This document shows, one piece after another, positions 55,185-64,000 of a DNA stretch of 64,000 nucleotides (positions are counted from its first letter, which is position 1; each line of letters opens with the position of its first letter). The notes beneath the pieces are model-generated. The model was not told where the DNA came from. It made no database searches and worked only from the letters and a program-made list of their open reading frames with translations. This DNA comes from Candidatus Staskawiczbacteria bacterium RIFOXYD1_FULL_32_13 (GTDB lineage: Bacteria; Patescibacteriota; Minisyncoccia; Minisyncoccales; Staskawiczbacteraceae). The position numbers were made by a program, and so were the translations under genes. The stretch lies in contig MHPU01000039.1 of assembly GCA_001820485.1 (NCBI GenBank), positions 30,904-94,903 on the forward strand, given 5' to 3'.

Positions 55185-56918
55185 ATGAATTCAGAAATTA
55201 AAAACTGCCAAAATTGTAAGCAAGAATTCACAATTGAATCTGAGGATTTTGATTTTTATGAAAAAGTGAAAGTCCCTGCGCCAACTTTTTGCCCCGAATG
55301 TAGAATGCAAAGAAGAATGATTTTTATGAATGAAAGAGCATTATATAAGCGTCAATGTGATTTATGCCATAAAGATGTTATTTCAGTATTTCCTGCAAAC
55401 GCAACCCATCCGGTTTATTGTACTCCTTGTTGGTGGTCTGATAATTGGAACCCATTAATTTATGGCAAGGATTACGATTTTTCTAAATCTTTTTTCCAGC
55501 AGTTTAAAGAACTAATGTCGGTTTTTCCGTGGCCGGCGCTTGATACTATTGAGCCATCAATGGTAAATAGTCCTTATTGTAGTATTAGTTCTTACCTTAA
55601 AAACTGTTATTTTTTTCATAATTCAGATTACAGTGAAAATTCTGCTTATGGGGCTTTTACAGAGCGCGCAAAAGATTCATATGACCTTTTTACAATTGAT
55701 GGTTGTGAGCAATGTTATGAGGGTGTAAATCTTGTAAACTGTAACTGTGCATTGTTTTCTATGAATTGTGAAAATTGTCACAATGTTTCTTTTTCAAGAG
55801 ATCTTACAGGTTGCTCTTATTGTTTTGGATGCATTAATTTGCGAAACAAAAACTATTATATTTTTAATGAACCGTATAGTAAAGAAGAATATTTTTCAAA
55901 ATTAAAAACATTTGATGCTGGTTCGTATAAAGCAGTTCAGGGTGTTAAAGAAAATGCAAAATCATTGTTTTTAAAATCTCCAAGGCGCTTTGCTCACTCG
56001 CGTAGAAACTCAAAAACAACTGGAGAATATGTTAATCAATCCAAGAATACTCAATTTGCTTATCAAGTTATTGGCGCTGAAGATTCAAAGTATGTGCATT
56101 TTCTAATTATTGCCCCAACAAAAGATAGTTATGATCTTACAATGTGGGGTGGAAATGCCAATCGACTCTATGAATGCATGGGGTGTGGTGGAGGTCAGGA
56201 TGATGTAAAATTTTCTTATGGTTGTTGGTCTGATGCAACAATGAATCTTGAATATTGTATGGTTGTAAAAGTGCCATGTACAAATCTTTTTGGATGTATT
56301 GGCTTAAGAAGAAAATCTTATTGTATACTTAACAAGCAATATACAAAAGAGGAATATAATTTATTGTGCGACAAAATAATTAAACACATGAATGATGCAC
56401 CTTTTATTGATAAGCTAGGAAAAGTTTATAAGTATGGTGAATTTTTTCCTGCAGAACTTGGTCAGTTTGCGTACAATGAAAGTGTTGCTCAACAATTTTT
56501 TCCTTTAGATAAGCAAGAAGCTATAAAGCAGGGCTATAATTGGAAAGACTCTGAAGAAAGAAATTATAAAATAGATTTAAAATCGCAAAATTTGCCAGAC
56601 CACATAAAAGATGTTTCAGATGACATAGCGGGTAAAGTTATTGAGTGTGCTCATAAAGGGGAGTGTAATGAGCAATGCACAACTGCTTATAAAATTATTC
56701 CACAAGAACTGCAATTTTATAAAAAAATGGATTTACCTTTGCCTAGATTGTGCCCAAACTGTAGACATTATCAAAGACTGGCTCAAAGAAATCCAATTAA
56801 ACTTTGGCATAGGCAGTGCATGAATGTGGGGTGTAAAAATGAATTTGAAACAAGCTATGCTCCAGATAGGCCAGAGATTATTTACTGTGAAACATGCTAT
56901 AACAACGAAGTGGCATAA
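55185..56918 (+). CDS. Zinc-ribbon-rich paralog P3 (577 aa)
   Basis: It reads CQNCKQEFTIESEDFDFYEKVKVPAPTFCPECRMQRR ... CPNCRHYQR...CMNVGCKNEFETSYAPDRPEIIYCETCYNNEVA. Confidence 0.6.
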   Translation: MNSEIKNCQNCKQEFTIESEDFDFYEKVKVPAPTFCPECRMQRRMIFMNERALYKRQCDLCHKDVISVFPANATHPVYCTPCWWSDNWNPLIYGKDYDFSKSFFQQFKELMSVFPWPALDTIEPSMVNSPYCSISSYLKNCYFFHNSDYSENSAYGAFTERAKDSYDLFTIDGCEQCYEGVNLVNCNCALFSMNCENCHNVSFSRDLTGCSYCFGCINLRNKNYYIFNEPYSKEEYFSKLKTFDAGSYKAVQGVKENAKSLFLKSPRRFAHSRRNSKTTGEYVNQSKNTQFAYQVIGAEDSKYVHFLIIAPTKDSYDLTMWGGNANRLYECMGCGGGQDDVKFSYGCWSDATMNLEYCMVVKVPCTNLFGCIGLRRKSYCILNKQYTKEEYNLLCDKIIKHMNDAPFIDKLGKVYKYGEFFPAELGQFAYNESVAQQFFPLDKQEAIKQGYNWKDSEERNYKIDLKSQNLPDHIKDVSDDIAGKVIECAHKGECNEQCTTAYKIIPQELQFYKKMDLPLPRLCPNCRHYQRLAQRNPIKLWHRQCMNVGCKNEFETSYAPDRPEIIYCETCYNNEVA

Positions 56919-57018
56919 AGGCATAAAATGTGGACTTTTGGGCTATAATGTGGTATTATAATCGTATATTATGTTAAAAATAACATAATTTAAGAATATA
57001 CTTAATAAATACAAGATT

Positions 57019-57633
57019 ATGCAATTTATTGAATTTAAGCAACAATTAAGTAATTTTGTAGCTTTTGATCTTACTGATATAAGGAAAATCCAAGCAGATT
57101 TTGATTTACGTAGATTGTCTGAGTGGCAAGATAAGGGCTATATTAAAATGATCCGCAAGGGTTATTATATTTTTTCTGATTTAGAAATTAATGAGCAGGT
57201 TTTGTTTTTAATTGCAAACAAAATTTATGAGCCATCATATGTTTCCTGCGAAATGGCATTATCTTTTTATGGACTTATCCCAGAAGGAGTTTATTCCATA
57301 ACTTCAATTACAACTAAGAATACAATTAAGTTTAGCACACCTATCGCGGAATTCTCATATCGCAAGGTAAAGCCGGAATTATTTTTTGGGTATAAGTTGC
57401 TAAAGATAGAAAATCAACAATACAAAATTGCAGAAATTGAAAAGACAGTTTTAGATTATTTATATTTAAACCCACAAATGCAGAATGATGCTAATTTTTC
57501 TGAATGGCGTTTTAATGCCCAAGATTTTTTGGCTAAAGCAGATTTGGCAAAGTTTAATGATTATTTAAAGGTTTTTAGCAATAAGCAATTAAACAAGCGA
57601 GTAGAAAAGTTTTTAAACTTTATTAAGCAATAA
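57019..57633 (+). CDS. AbiEi-like antitoxin/transcriptional regulator (type IV TA)
   Basis: The N-terminal AbiEi_4-like domain reads LSEWQDKGYIKMIRKGYYIF. The gene lies immediately upstream of an AbiEii nucleotidyltransferase. Confidence 0.55.
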   Translation: MQFIEFKQQLSNFVAFDLTDIRKIQADFDLRRLSEWQDKGYIKMIRKGYYIFSDLEINEQVLFLIANKIYEPSYVSCEMALSFYGLIPEGVYSITSITTKNTIKFSTPIAEFSYRKVKPELFFGYKLLKIENQQYKIAEIEKTVLDYLYLNPQMQNDANFSEWRFNAQDFLAKADLAKFNDYLKVFSNKQLNKRVEKFLNFIKQ

Positions 57634-57637
57634 GTTT

Positions 57638-58414
57638 ATGTTAACTCTTCAGCAAATTGAAAAGCAATATCCTGAAAACTTACAACCATTTAAGCGGGGA
57701 ATTTTACGCGAATATTTGCAATACAAAATTTTAGAGATTATTTTTTCTTCCAAGTTTGCCAACAAACTTTCTTTTATGGGTGGAACGGTTTTGCGACTTA
57801 TTTATGGAAACACAAGATTTTCAGAAGATTTAGATTTTGACAATTTTGCCTTGTCTGAAAAAGAGTTTGACGAGTTGTCTGGAATAATTAAAAAGAGCTT
57901 GGAATTACAGGGATTAAAAACAGAAATTAGTACAGTTGCCAAAGGAGCATTTAGGTGCAATATACGATTGCCGGAAATTTTGTTTGAGAATAATCTTTCT
58001 TTATTTAAGGAAGAGAAGATTTTAATTCAAGTGGATTCGTTTGCTCAAAATTTTGATTATAAGCCTGAGAAAAAAAACTTGAACAAATTTGATGTGTTTT
58101 CTGAAATTTTTATAACTCCGCCGGACATTTTACTTTCTCAAAAGATTTATGCAATTTTTAATCGCAAAAGAGCAAAGGGCAGGGATTTTTATGATATTGT
58201 GTTTTTACTTTCTTTTACTAAACCAAATTATAAATATTTAAAACAAAAATTGGATATTAATTCGCCCGAAGAATTAAAAAGAAAAATTATTTCCCTTTCT
58301 GTTGATTTAAATTTTGAGGAATTGGCAAAAGATGCAGAAATGTTTCTTTTTTCTGGGCAAGATAGCAAAAAAATTAAGTCATTTGTTGATTATATTAAAC
58401 AAATTGAATTATAA
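57638..58414 (+). CDS. AbiEii/AbiGii-family nucleotidyltransferase toxin (DUF1814)
   Basis: LREYLQYKILEII...FMGGTVLRLIYGNTRFSEDLDFD fits the pol-beta NTase GG[ST]x9-13DxD motif of the AbiEii family. Confidence 0.7.
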   Translation: MLTLQQIEKQYPENLQPFKRGILREYLQYKILEIIFSSKFANKLSFMGGTVLRLIYGNTRFSEDLDFDNFALSEKEFDELSGIIKKSLELQGLKTEISTVAKGAFRCNIRLPEILFENNLSLFKEEKILIQVDSFAQNFDYKPEKKNLNKFDVFSEIFITPPDILLSQKIYAIFNRKRAKGRDFYDIVFLLSFTKPNYKYLKQKLDINSPEELKRKIISLSVDLNFEELAKDAEMFLFSGQDSKKIKSFVDYIKQIEL

Positions 58415-58420
58415 AAAATT

Positions 58421-60184
58421 ATGGAATTTCAAAACCATTCGCCTGAGGGCTCAGGGCAAGCTAAAAATTGTCAAAACTGTAAGAAAGACTTTACCATAGA
58501 GCCTGATGATTTTGCATTTTATGAAAAAATTAAAGTACCTGTGCCAACTTTTTGTTCAGAGTGTAGAATGCAACGTAGATTGCTTTTTCGTAGTGAACGT
58601 TTTTTGTATAAACGTAAAAGCGATTTTTCTGGTAAGGAAATATTTTCTATGTGGCCACAGGAAAGCGATACTAAAGTTTATGAAAACAGCGTTTGGTTTT
58701 CTGATAAGTGGGATGCACTTGAGCACGGTAAAGATTATGATTTTTCTAAACCATTTTTTGAACAACTTTTAGATTTACGAAAAAATGTTCCAATCTACGC
58801 TTTATCAACTACGCTTGGAGTAGACAGTGATTATTGCAATAATTTTACAGCATTAAAGAATTGCTATTTAGTTTTTTCTTCTAATTATTCTGAAGATTGT
58901 ATGTATGGCACTGGAATAAATCATTCAAAAAACTGTATTGATAACATCAAGGTATTTAAAAGTGAAAATTGTCATGAAAATTTTTTTGTTAATTCCTCTT
59001 TCAATGTTTTCTTTTCTGCTCAATGTTCAGATTCAATGAATATTTGGTTTTGCAAGGATTGTGTGGGGTGTAACGATTGCATTGGATGTATTGGTTTGCG
59101 AAATAAAAGCTATTATATTTTTAATAAACCTTATACAAAAGAAGAATATCAAGCTGAATTTCAAAAATTTAATTTTGCTTCATATCAGGCGATGAAAGAT
59201 TTTTCTAAAAAAGTCCACGAATTTTGGCTTAAATTTCCAGTAAAGTATATGCAGGGTCTGAAGAACTCTAATGTTAGTGGAGAATATATAAAAAATTCAA
59301 AAAATGTTTTAAATTCATACTTAGTTTCTGGTGGTGAAAATTTGAGATATTGTAGTGAAATTAATGTTGAGCCAGTTAAAGATTGTTATGATTATTCTGT
59401 TTGGGGAGATAAGGCCGAGTTAGTTTATGAGTGCATGTCTTGTGGGCTAGGTGTAAACAACATAAAATTTTGTGCAGAGTGTTGGCCTGACTTTAGAGAT
59501 TCAGAATATTCTCTTTTTTGTCAATCATCATCAAATCTTTTTGGGTGTGTTGGTGTAAGAAAAAAAGAATATTGTATTTTAAATAAGCAGTACACAAAAG
59601 AAGAATATGAGCGCTTAAAAGAAAAGATTATCAAACATATGAAAGAAATGCCATATAAGGATGCAAGTGGCATGTTGTATAGTTATGGTGAATTTTTCCC
59701 TGGAATATTTTCTGGTGTGTTCTACAATAATTCTTTGGCTCACGAACACTTTCCATTAACAAAAACAGAAGCTGAAAGAAAAGGATATTTTTGGAAAGAT
59801 GAAACAAAACGTGCTTATGTTGTAACCAAAAAGTATAGTGACTTGCCAGATGACATTAAAGAGGTTCCAGTTTCGATTACTAGTGAAATTATTTCTTGCC
59901 AAGAATGGGAAGAAAACCAAGATATTGCAGTTCAGCACAATTGTACCGAAGGGTTTCGTATACTTGTCTCGGAATTGGAATTTTACAAAAAGTTTTCTTT
60001 ACCACTTCCTAGAAGGTGCCCTAACTGTAGATACCACGAACGTATAAAATGGCGCAACCCAATGAAGTTATGGCATAGAAAATGTATGAAACCTGGTTGC
60101 AATAATGAATTTGAAACATCTTATGCGCCAGATAGGCCAGAGATTGTATATTGTGAAACATGCTATAATAATGAAGTTGCATAA
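58421..60184 (+). CDS. Zinc-ribbon-rich paralog P4 (587 aa)
   Basis: It reads CQNCKKDFTIEPDDFAFYEKIKVPVPTFCSECRMQRR ... CPNCRYHER...CMKPGCNNEFETSYAPDRPEIVYCETCYNNEVA. Confidence 0.6.
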   Translation: MEFQNHSPEGSGQAKNCQNCKKDFTIEPDDFAFYEKIKVPVPTFCSECRMQRRLLFRSERFLYKRKSDFSGKEIFSMWPQESDTKVYENSVWFSDKWDALEHGKDYDFSKPFFEQLLDLRKNVPIYALSTTLGVDSDYCNNFTALKNCYLVFSSNYSEDCMYGTGINHSKNCIDNIKVFKSENCHENFFVNSSFNVFFSAQCSDSMNIWFCKDCVGCNDCIGCIGLRNKSYYIFNKPYTKEEYQAEFQKFNFASYQAMKDFSKKVHEFWLKFPVKYMQGLKNSNVSGEYIKNSKNVLNSYLVSGGENLRYCSEINVEPVKDCYDYSVWGDKAELVYECMSCGLGVNNIKFCAECWPDFRDSEYSLFCQSSSNLFGCVGVRKKEYCILNKQYTKEEYERLKEKIIKHMKEMPYKDASGMLYSYGEFFPGIFSGVFYNNSLAHEHFPLTKTEAERKGYFWKDETKRAYVVTKKYSDLPDDIKEVPVSITSEIISCQEWEENQDIAVQHNCTEGFRILVSELEFYKKFSLPLPRRCPNCRYHERIKWRNPMKLWHRKCMKPGCNNEFETSYAPDRPEIVYCETCYNNEVA

Positions 60185-60241
60185 GAGTAAATGTATAGGT
60201 TTGACTGTATATTGTATAGATTTATAAAAAATGTTAATAAA

Positions 60242-60529
60242 ATGGTAATTGAATTAAAAAAAATTGGGACAACTTTAATTTCAAGGCAAACTGGCAAGGA
60301 GGCTTTTTTGGCAATACAGCCGATATTGCAAAGTGTAAAAAACGAGGAAATAGTTGAAATTGATTTTGAGGGCGTAATGACTTTTTCTCCTTCTTGGGGG
60401 GCAGAATTTTTAATGCCACTTTTTAAAAAATATGGGCAAATTTTAGTTCTGAAAAATACGCACAATGGCTCAGTTAGTTTAACAATTGAATTTCTAGAAC
60501 AAATAGAAAATATAAAATTCAAAAAATAA
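60242..60529 (+). CDS. STAS-like small protein, copy 2
   Basis: It is close to identical to copy 1 by eye, and its upstream 50 bp duplicate the 54062-54120 segment. Confidence 0.45.
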   Translation: MVIELKKIGTTLISRQTGKEAFLAIQPILQSVKNEEIVEIDFEGVMTFSPSWGAEFLMPLFKKYGQILVLKNTHNGSVSLTIEFLEQIENIKFKK

Positions 60530-60532
60530 ATT

Positions 60533-62290
60533 ATGGATAGCCAAACCCATTTGCCTGCGGGCTTAGGGCAAGCCAAAAACTGTCAGAATTGTAAACAAGA
60601 ATTCGTCATTGAGAGCGATGATTTTGCATTTTATGGAAAAATAAAAGTTCCACCACCAACCTTTTGTCCGGATTGTAGATTACAGAGACGTCTTATATTT
60701 AGAAATGAGCATTTTTTATATAAAGTAAAAAGTGATTTTTCTGGCAAGGATATTTTTTCTATGCAACCTAGAGAAGGTGGATTAAAGATTTATGAGAATG
60801 ATGTGTGGTACTCTGATCAATGGAGCGCAACTAATTTTGGAATGGAGTATGATTTTTCTAAACTGTTTTTTTTCCAACTCAACAAATTACTTCGTACTGT
60901 GCCAATTTTTGCACTTTCTGTAATTCGCGGAGTAAACAGTCCTTATTCTAACAACTTCGATGGATTTAGAAATTGTTATTTGTGTTTTAATGGAAATTAT
61001 TGCGAAGATTGTATGTATGGTGTTACATTGAGTAATTCTAAAAATTCTTTAGATCTCTCTGCATGCTCAAAATGTGAAAATTGTTATGAAAGTTTTTGGC
61101 TTGAATCTTGCACGAATTGTTTTTATTGCAATCAATGTTCTGATTCTTTCAATTTATGGTTTTGTAAAAATTGCGTTGGTTGTAATGATTGTTTTGGTTC
61201 AGTTAATTTGCGAAATAAAAAATACTGTATATTTAACCAACAATATACAAGAGATCAATATATCGTAAAAATAAAAGAATTTAATATGGATTCGTACGCA
61301 TCTGTCTTACAAGTTATGAATGAAATCAATGCTTTTTGGTTGCGACATCCTGTAAAATTTTTGCAAGGTTTAAAAAATATGAATGTTTCTGGTAATTATG
61401 TTTATAATTCTAAAAATGCAAAAAACTCTTTCTTAATTCGAGAGGCTGAGAATGTTCGTTATTGTTCTTATATGGAAATTGGCCCATTACGTGATTGTTA
61501 TGATTATACTGTATGGGGGAATGGAGCAGAGCTTCTTTATGAAGCACTTAATACTGGTCTTGGCGCACATAATGTAAGGTTTTCTGCAGAATGTTGGCCA
61601 GAAGTGCGTAACATAGAATATTCGCTTTTTTGTCAGTCATCATCTAATCTTTTTGGATGTGTTGGTTTACGTAATAAACAATATTGTATTTTAAATAAAC
61701 AGTATACAAAAGAAGAATACGAAGCGCTTGTGCCTAAAATTATTGAACATATGAATGAAATGCCTTACGTTGATCCAAAAGGTAATTCTTATTGCTATGG
61801 TGAATTCTTTCCACCAATGATGTCACTTTATGCATATAATCATAGTCCCGCACAAGAACATTTTCCTATGATTAAAATTCAGGCTGAAGCGATTCAATGT
61901 TTTTGGATAGATTCTGAAGACCGAGGCTATCAAATAACAAAAAAATCATCAGAGTTACCCGATTCTATTAATGATGTAGATGATATAATAACTAAAGAAA
62001 TTATTTTATGCGAAGAATGGGGTAAAAATGAAGAAAAAGCAAAATTGAATAATTGTACCAAAGCATTTCGAATTTTGTCCAATGAATTGGAATTTTATCG
62101 TCGTTATAATATCCCTTTGCCTAGAAAATGTTTTTATTGTCGTCACAATAATCGTATTAAAAATAGAAATCCTTTTAAGTTGTGGAATCGTCAATGCACT
62201 AAATGTGGGAAAGAATTTGAGACAAGTTATGCTCCAGATAGGCCTGAGATTGTGTATTGTGAAACGTGCTACAACCAAGAAGTTGCTTAA
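60533..62290 (+). CDS. Zinc-ribbon-rich paralog P5 (585 aa)
   Basis: It reads CQNCKQEFVIESDDFAFYGKIKVPPPTFCPDCRLQRR ... CFYCRHNNR...CTKCGKEFETSYAPDRPEIVYCETCYNQEVA. Confidence 0.6.
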   Translation: MDSQTHLPAGLGQAKNCQNCKQEFVIESDDFAFYGKIKVPPPTFCPDCRLQRRLIFRNEHFLYKVKSDFSGKDIFSMQPREGGLKIYENDVWYSDQWSATNFGMEYDFSKLFFFQLNKLLRTVPIFALSVIRGVNSPYSNNFDGFRNCYLCFNGNYCEDCMYGVTLSNSKNSLDLSACSKCENCYESFWLESCTNCFYCNQCSDSFNLWFCKNCVGCNDCFGSVNLRNKKYCIFNQQYTRDQYIVKIKEFNMDSYASVLQVMNEINAFWLRHPVKFLQGLKNMNVSGNYVYNSKNAKNSFLIREAENVRYCSYMEIGPLRDCYDYTVWGNGAELLYEALNTGLGAHNVRFSAECWPEVRNIEYSLFCQSSSNLFGCVGLRNKQYCILNKQYTKEEYEALVPKIIEHMNEMPYVDPKGNSYCYGEFFPPMMSLYAYNHSPAQEHFPMIKIQAEAIQCFWIDSEDRGYQITKKSSELPDSINDVDDIITKEIILCEEWGKNEEKAKLNNCTKAFRILSNELEFYRRYNIPLPRKCFYCRHNNRIKNRNPFKLWNRQCTKCGKEFETSYAPDRPEIVYCETCYNQEVA

Positions 62291-62446
62291 ATAAAAAAGT
62301 TCCTATATTCTAGCATATAGGAACTTTTTGTGATAATATAAAAAAAGAAATATTTAAATAAAATAATTAAAAAATATATAAGAGTCTAATGTTTGGGGAA
62401 TGGTAAGTGACTGGACCCTAAACCCTATACCCTAGATCCTAATAAA

Positions 62447-63964
62447 ATGGCAGAGCAAAAACAAAATAGAATTCGTAGATTTAAACTAGCGCCACCTCCT
62501 CCAGAGCTTCCAATTTATGGCTCGGTAAAACCCGAGGACTGTTCTTTTATTGGTAAAACTAATTACGAAGCAGCTTTGCAAGAGCAAAAATATATTTTTG
62601 GTGTAAAGCGTGTTGATAGACGTAGGCATATGTATATTGTAGGAAAATCCGGGGTAGGGAAGTCTAAACTTCTTGAGCTTTTTGTTAGGCAAGATATTGG
62701 TTATGGTCATGGTATTTGTTTTATTGATCCTCACGGAGATGTTATAGAAGATATTCTACCTTTTATACCAGAAAACAGAATTAAAGATGTGGTGCTTATT
62801 GACCCGTCTGATGCAAAATTTCCAATTTCTTTTAATCCACTTGCAAATATTGATGTTAATTTTAAGCATCAATTGACCCAAGGATTAATTGAAGTTTTGG
62901 AAAAACAATTTGGTGCTAACTGGACGCCACGATTAGAACATGTATTTAGGTTTACATGTTTAGCACTTTTAGATTATCCGCACGGCACTATGCGTGGAAT
63001 GATTTCAATGCTTACAGATAGAAATTATCGTCAGCTTGTTGTGGAATATATTCAAGATGATATGGTAAAAAGATTTTGGGCCATTGAATTTGCCGATTGG
63101 TCTGAAAAATATGACACAGAAGCTATTATACCTTTGGTAAATAAACTTGCTCAATTTTTGTCTGATCCAATGCTTCGTGGAATTTTTGGACAAGAAGAAA
63201 ATAAGATTGATTTAGAGCAGATGATGAATGAAAAAAAGATTATTTTGATAAATTTATCTAAAGGTAAACTTGGTGAAGAAAATTCTAGTTTTTTTGGTTC
63301 AATGTTTATTACTAAGTTAAAGCAAGCTGGTATGGCACGTCAGTCTATACCAGAAAAAGATAGAGTTGATTTTTATTTGTATGTTGATGAGTTTCACAAC
63401 CTAATGACCGAAACTTTTGAAAACATTTTGTCTGAAGCTAGAAAATATGGTATGTGTCTTACTGTGGCTCACCAGTATATGGGTCAGCTTTTGCCAAAAG
63501 TTCAACAAGCAGTTTTAGGAAATACAGGAACTATTATTGTGTTTCGTGTAGGTGGTGAAGATGCAGTTAAATTGGAACCAGAAATGGCGCCGGTTTTTGG
63601 AGCCAAAGATATGGTAAACTTGGGAGTTCAAAATTTTTATATAAAAGAAACTATTGATGGGGAGGCTTACGATCCTTTTTCTGCTCAAACTCTTAAAGTT
63701 ATGCCACCAGCACATGAGTCTTTTAGAGAAGAGATCGTTGCAATGTCTCGCGAAAAATATGCTGTTCCGGCCGAGGCTGCACAGAAACTTATGCAACAAG
63801 AAGAATCAAAAATTATGCGAAGCTCGCACGAAAAATCCATAATTGAAGGCAAGGGAAAAGGTCCCGTCTCCGCTGAAGCTTCGGCGGGCAAGCCTGAAGT
63901 TAGAGAAGAAAAATCCTCCTCCGCTAAAGCTACGGAGGACAAGCCCGAAGAACCACTTATATAA
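62447..63964 (+). CDS. VirD4/TraD-like (T4CP-like) P-loop ATPase B (505 aa), a short paralog of ATPase A
   Basis: The Walker A is VGKSGVGKSK, the Walker B LYVDEFHNL, and VAHQYMGQL is also present. It aligns along the ATPase core of 49062..51563 but lacks the zinc ribbon and the long repeat tail. Confidence 0.65.
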   Translation: MAEQKQNRIRRFKLAPPPPELPIYGSVKPEDCSFIGKTNYEAALQEQKYIFGVKRVDRRRHMYIVGKSGVGKSKLLELFVRQDIGYGHGICFIDPHGDVIEDILPFIPENRIKDVVLIDPSDAKFPISFNPLANIDVNFKHQLTQGLIEVLEKQFGANWTPRLEHVFRFTCLALLDYPHGTMRGMISMLTDRNYRQLVVEYIQDDMVKRFWAIEFADWSEKYDTEAIIPLVNKLAQFLSDPMLRGIFGQEENKIDLEQMMNEKKIILINLSKGKLGEENSSFFGSMFITKLKQAGMARQSIPEKDRVDFYLYVDEFHNLMTETFENILSEARKYGMCLTVAHQYMGQLLPKVQQAVLGNTGTIIVFRVGGEDAVKLEPEMAPVFGAKDMVNLGVQNFYIKETIDGEAYDPFSAQTLKVMPPAHESFREEIVAMSREKYAVPAEAAQKLMQQEESKIMRSSHEKSIIEGKGKGPVSAEASAGKPEVREEKSSSAKATEDKPEEPLI

Positions 63965-64000
63965 CATTTTCGATTAATTCGATATAATAAATAATAGAAC

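Overview
This is an AT-rich window (roughly 30% GC) with very short intergenic spacers, almost all genes on the + strand, and weak or absent Shine-Dalgarno sequences. Those traits suggest a Patescibacteria/CPR-like organism; the taxonomic guess is mine, not a database result. Main contents, in order:
- Core housekeeping genes I recognise by motif: trmD, tRNA-Tyr, tRNA-Thr, rpmG (GTG start), rplJ-rplL with a strong sigma70 promoter and an L10-type leader, murB, hpf, secA, dinB, secD, secF, an ABC transporter operon (substrate-binding protein, permease, ATPase), mltG, and tRNA-Trp.
- About 5.2-16.1 kb: a restriction/DISARM-like island. It holds a PLD-SNF2 helicase fusion, a 1173-aa gamma-class N6-adenine methyltransferase with a possible N-terminal nuclease domain, and a 1186-aa protein with no recognisable domain.
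- 16.1 kb: a membrane-anchored staphylococcal-nuclease homologue carrying an Excalibur domain.
- About 21-26 kb: a block of small genes that includes a ribbon-helix-helix regulator. It ends in a small plus a large serine recombinase sitting directly next to tRNA-Trp.
- A roughly 80-105 bp palindromic MITE-like repeat family (terminal inverted repeat GTCATTGCGAGG...CCTCGCAATGAC) in five copies. One copy is inserted in-frame inside dinB.
- Four GC-rich islets of about 400-500 bp (about 45-50% GC). Each carries one small ORF with a strong SD and its own terminator, and each is wedged between core genes.
- About 45.5-64 kb: the most unusual locus. It is a tandem array of five diverged 577-587-aa paralogs rich in zinc ribbons. 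The array is bracketed by two VirD4/TraD-like (type IV coupling protein-like) P-loop ATPases. One of these ATPases carries the same C-terminal zinc ribbon as the paralogs. Interleaved are a MerR-HATPase_c (anti-sigma-kinase-like) gene, two STAS-like genes, an excisionase-type HTH gene flanked by 20-bp palindromes, an AbiEi/AbiEii pair, and two membrane proteins.
- No CRISPR array and no rRNA were seen.
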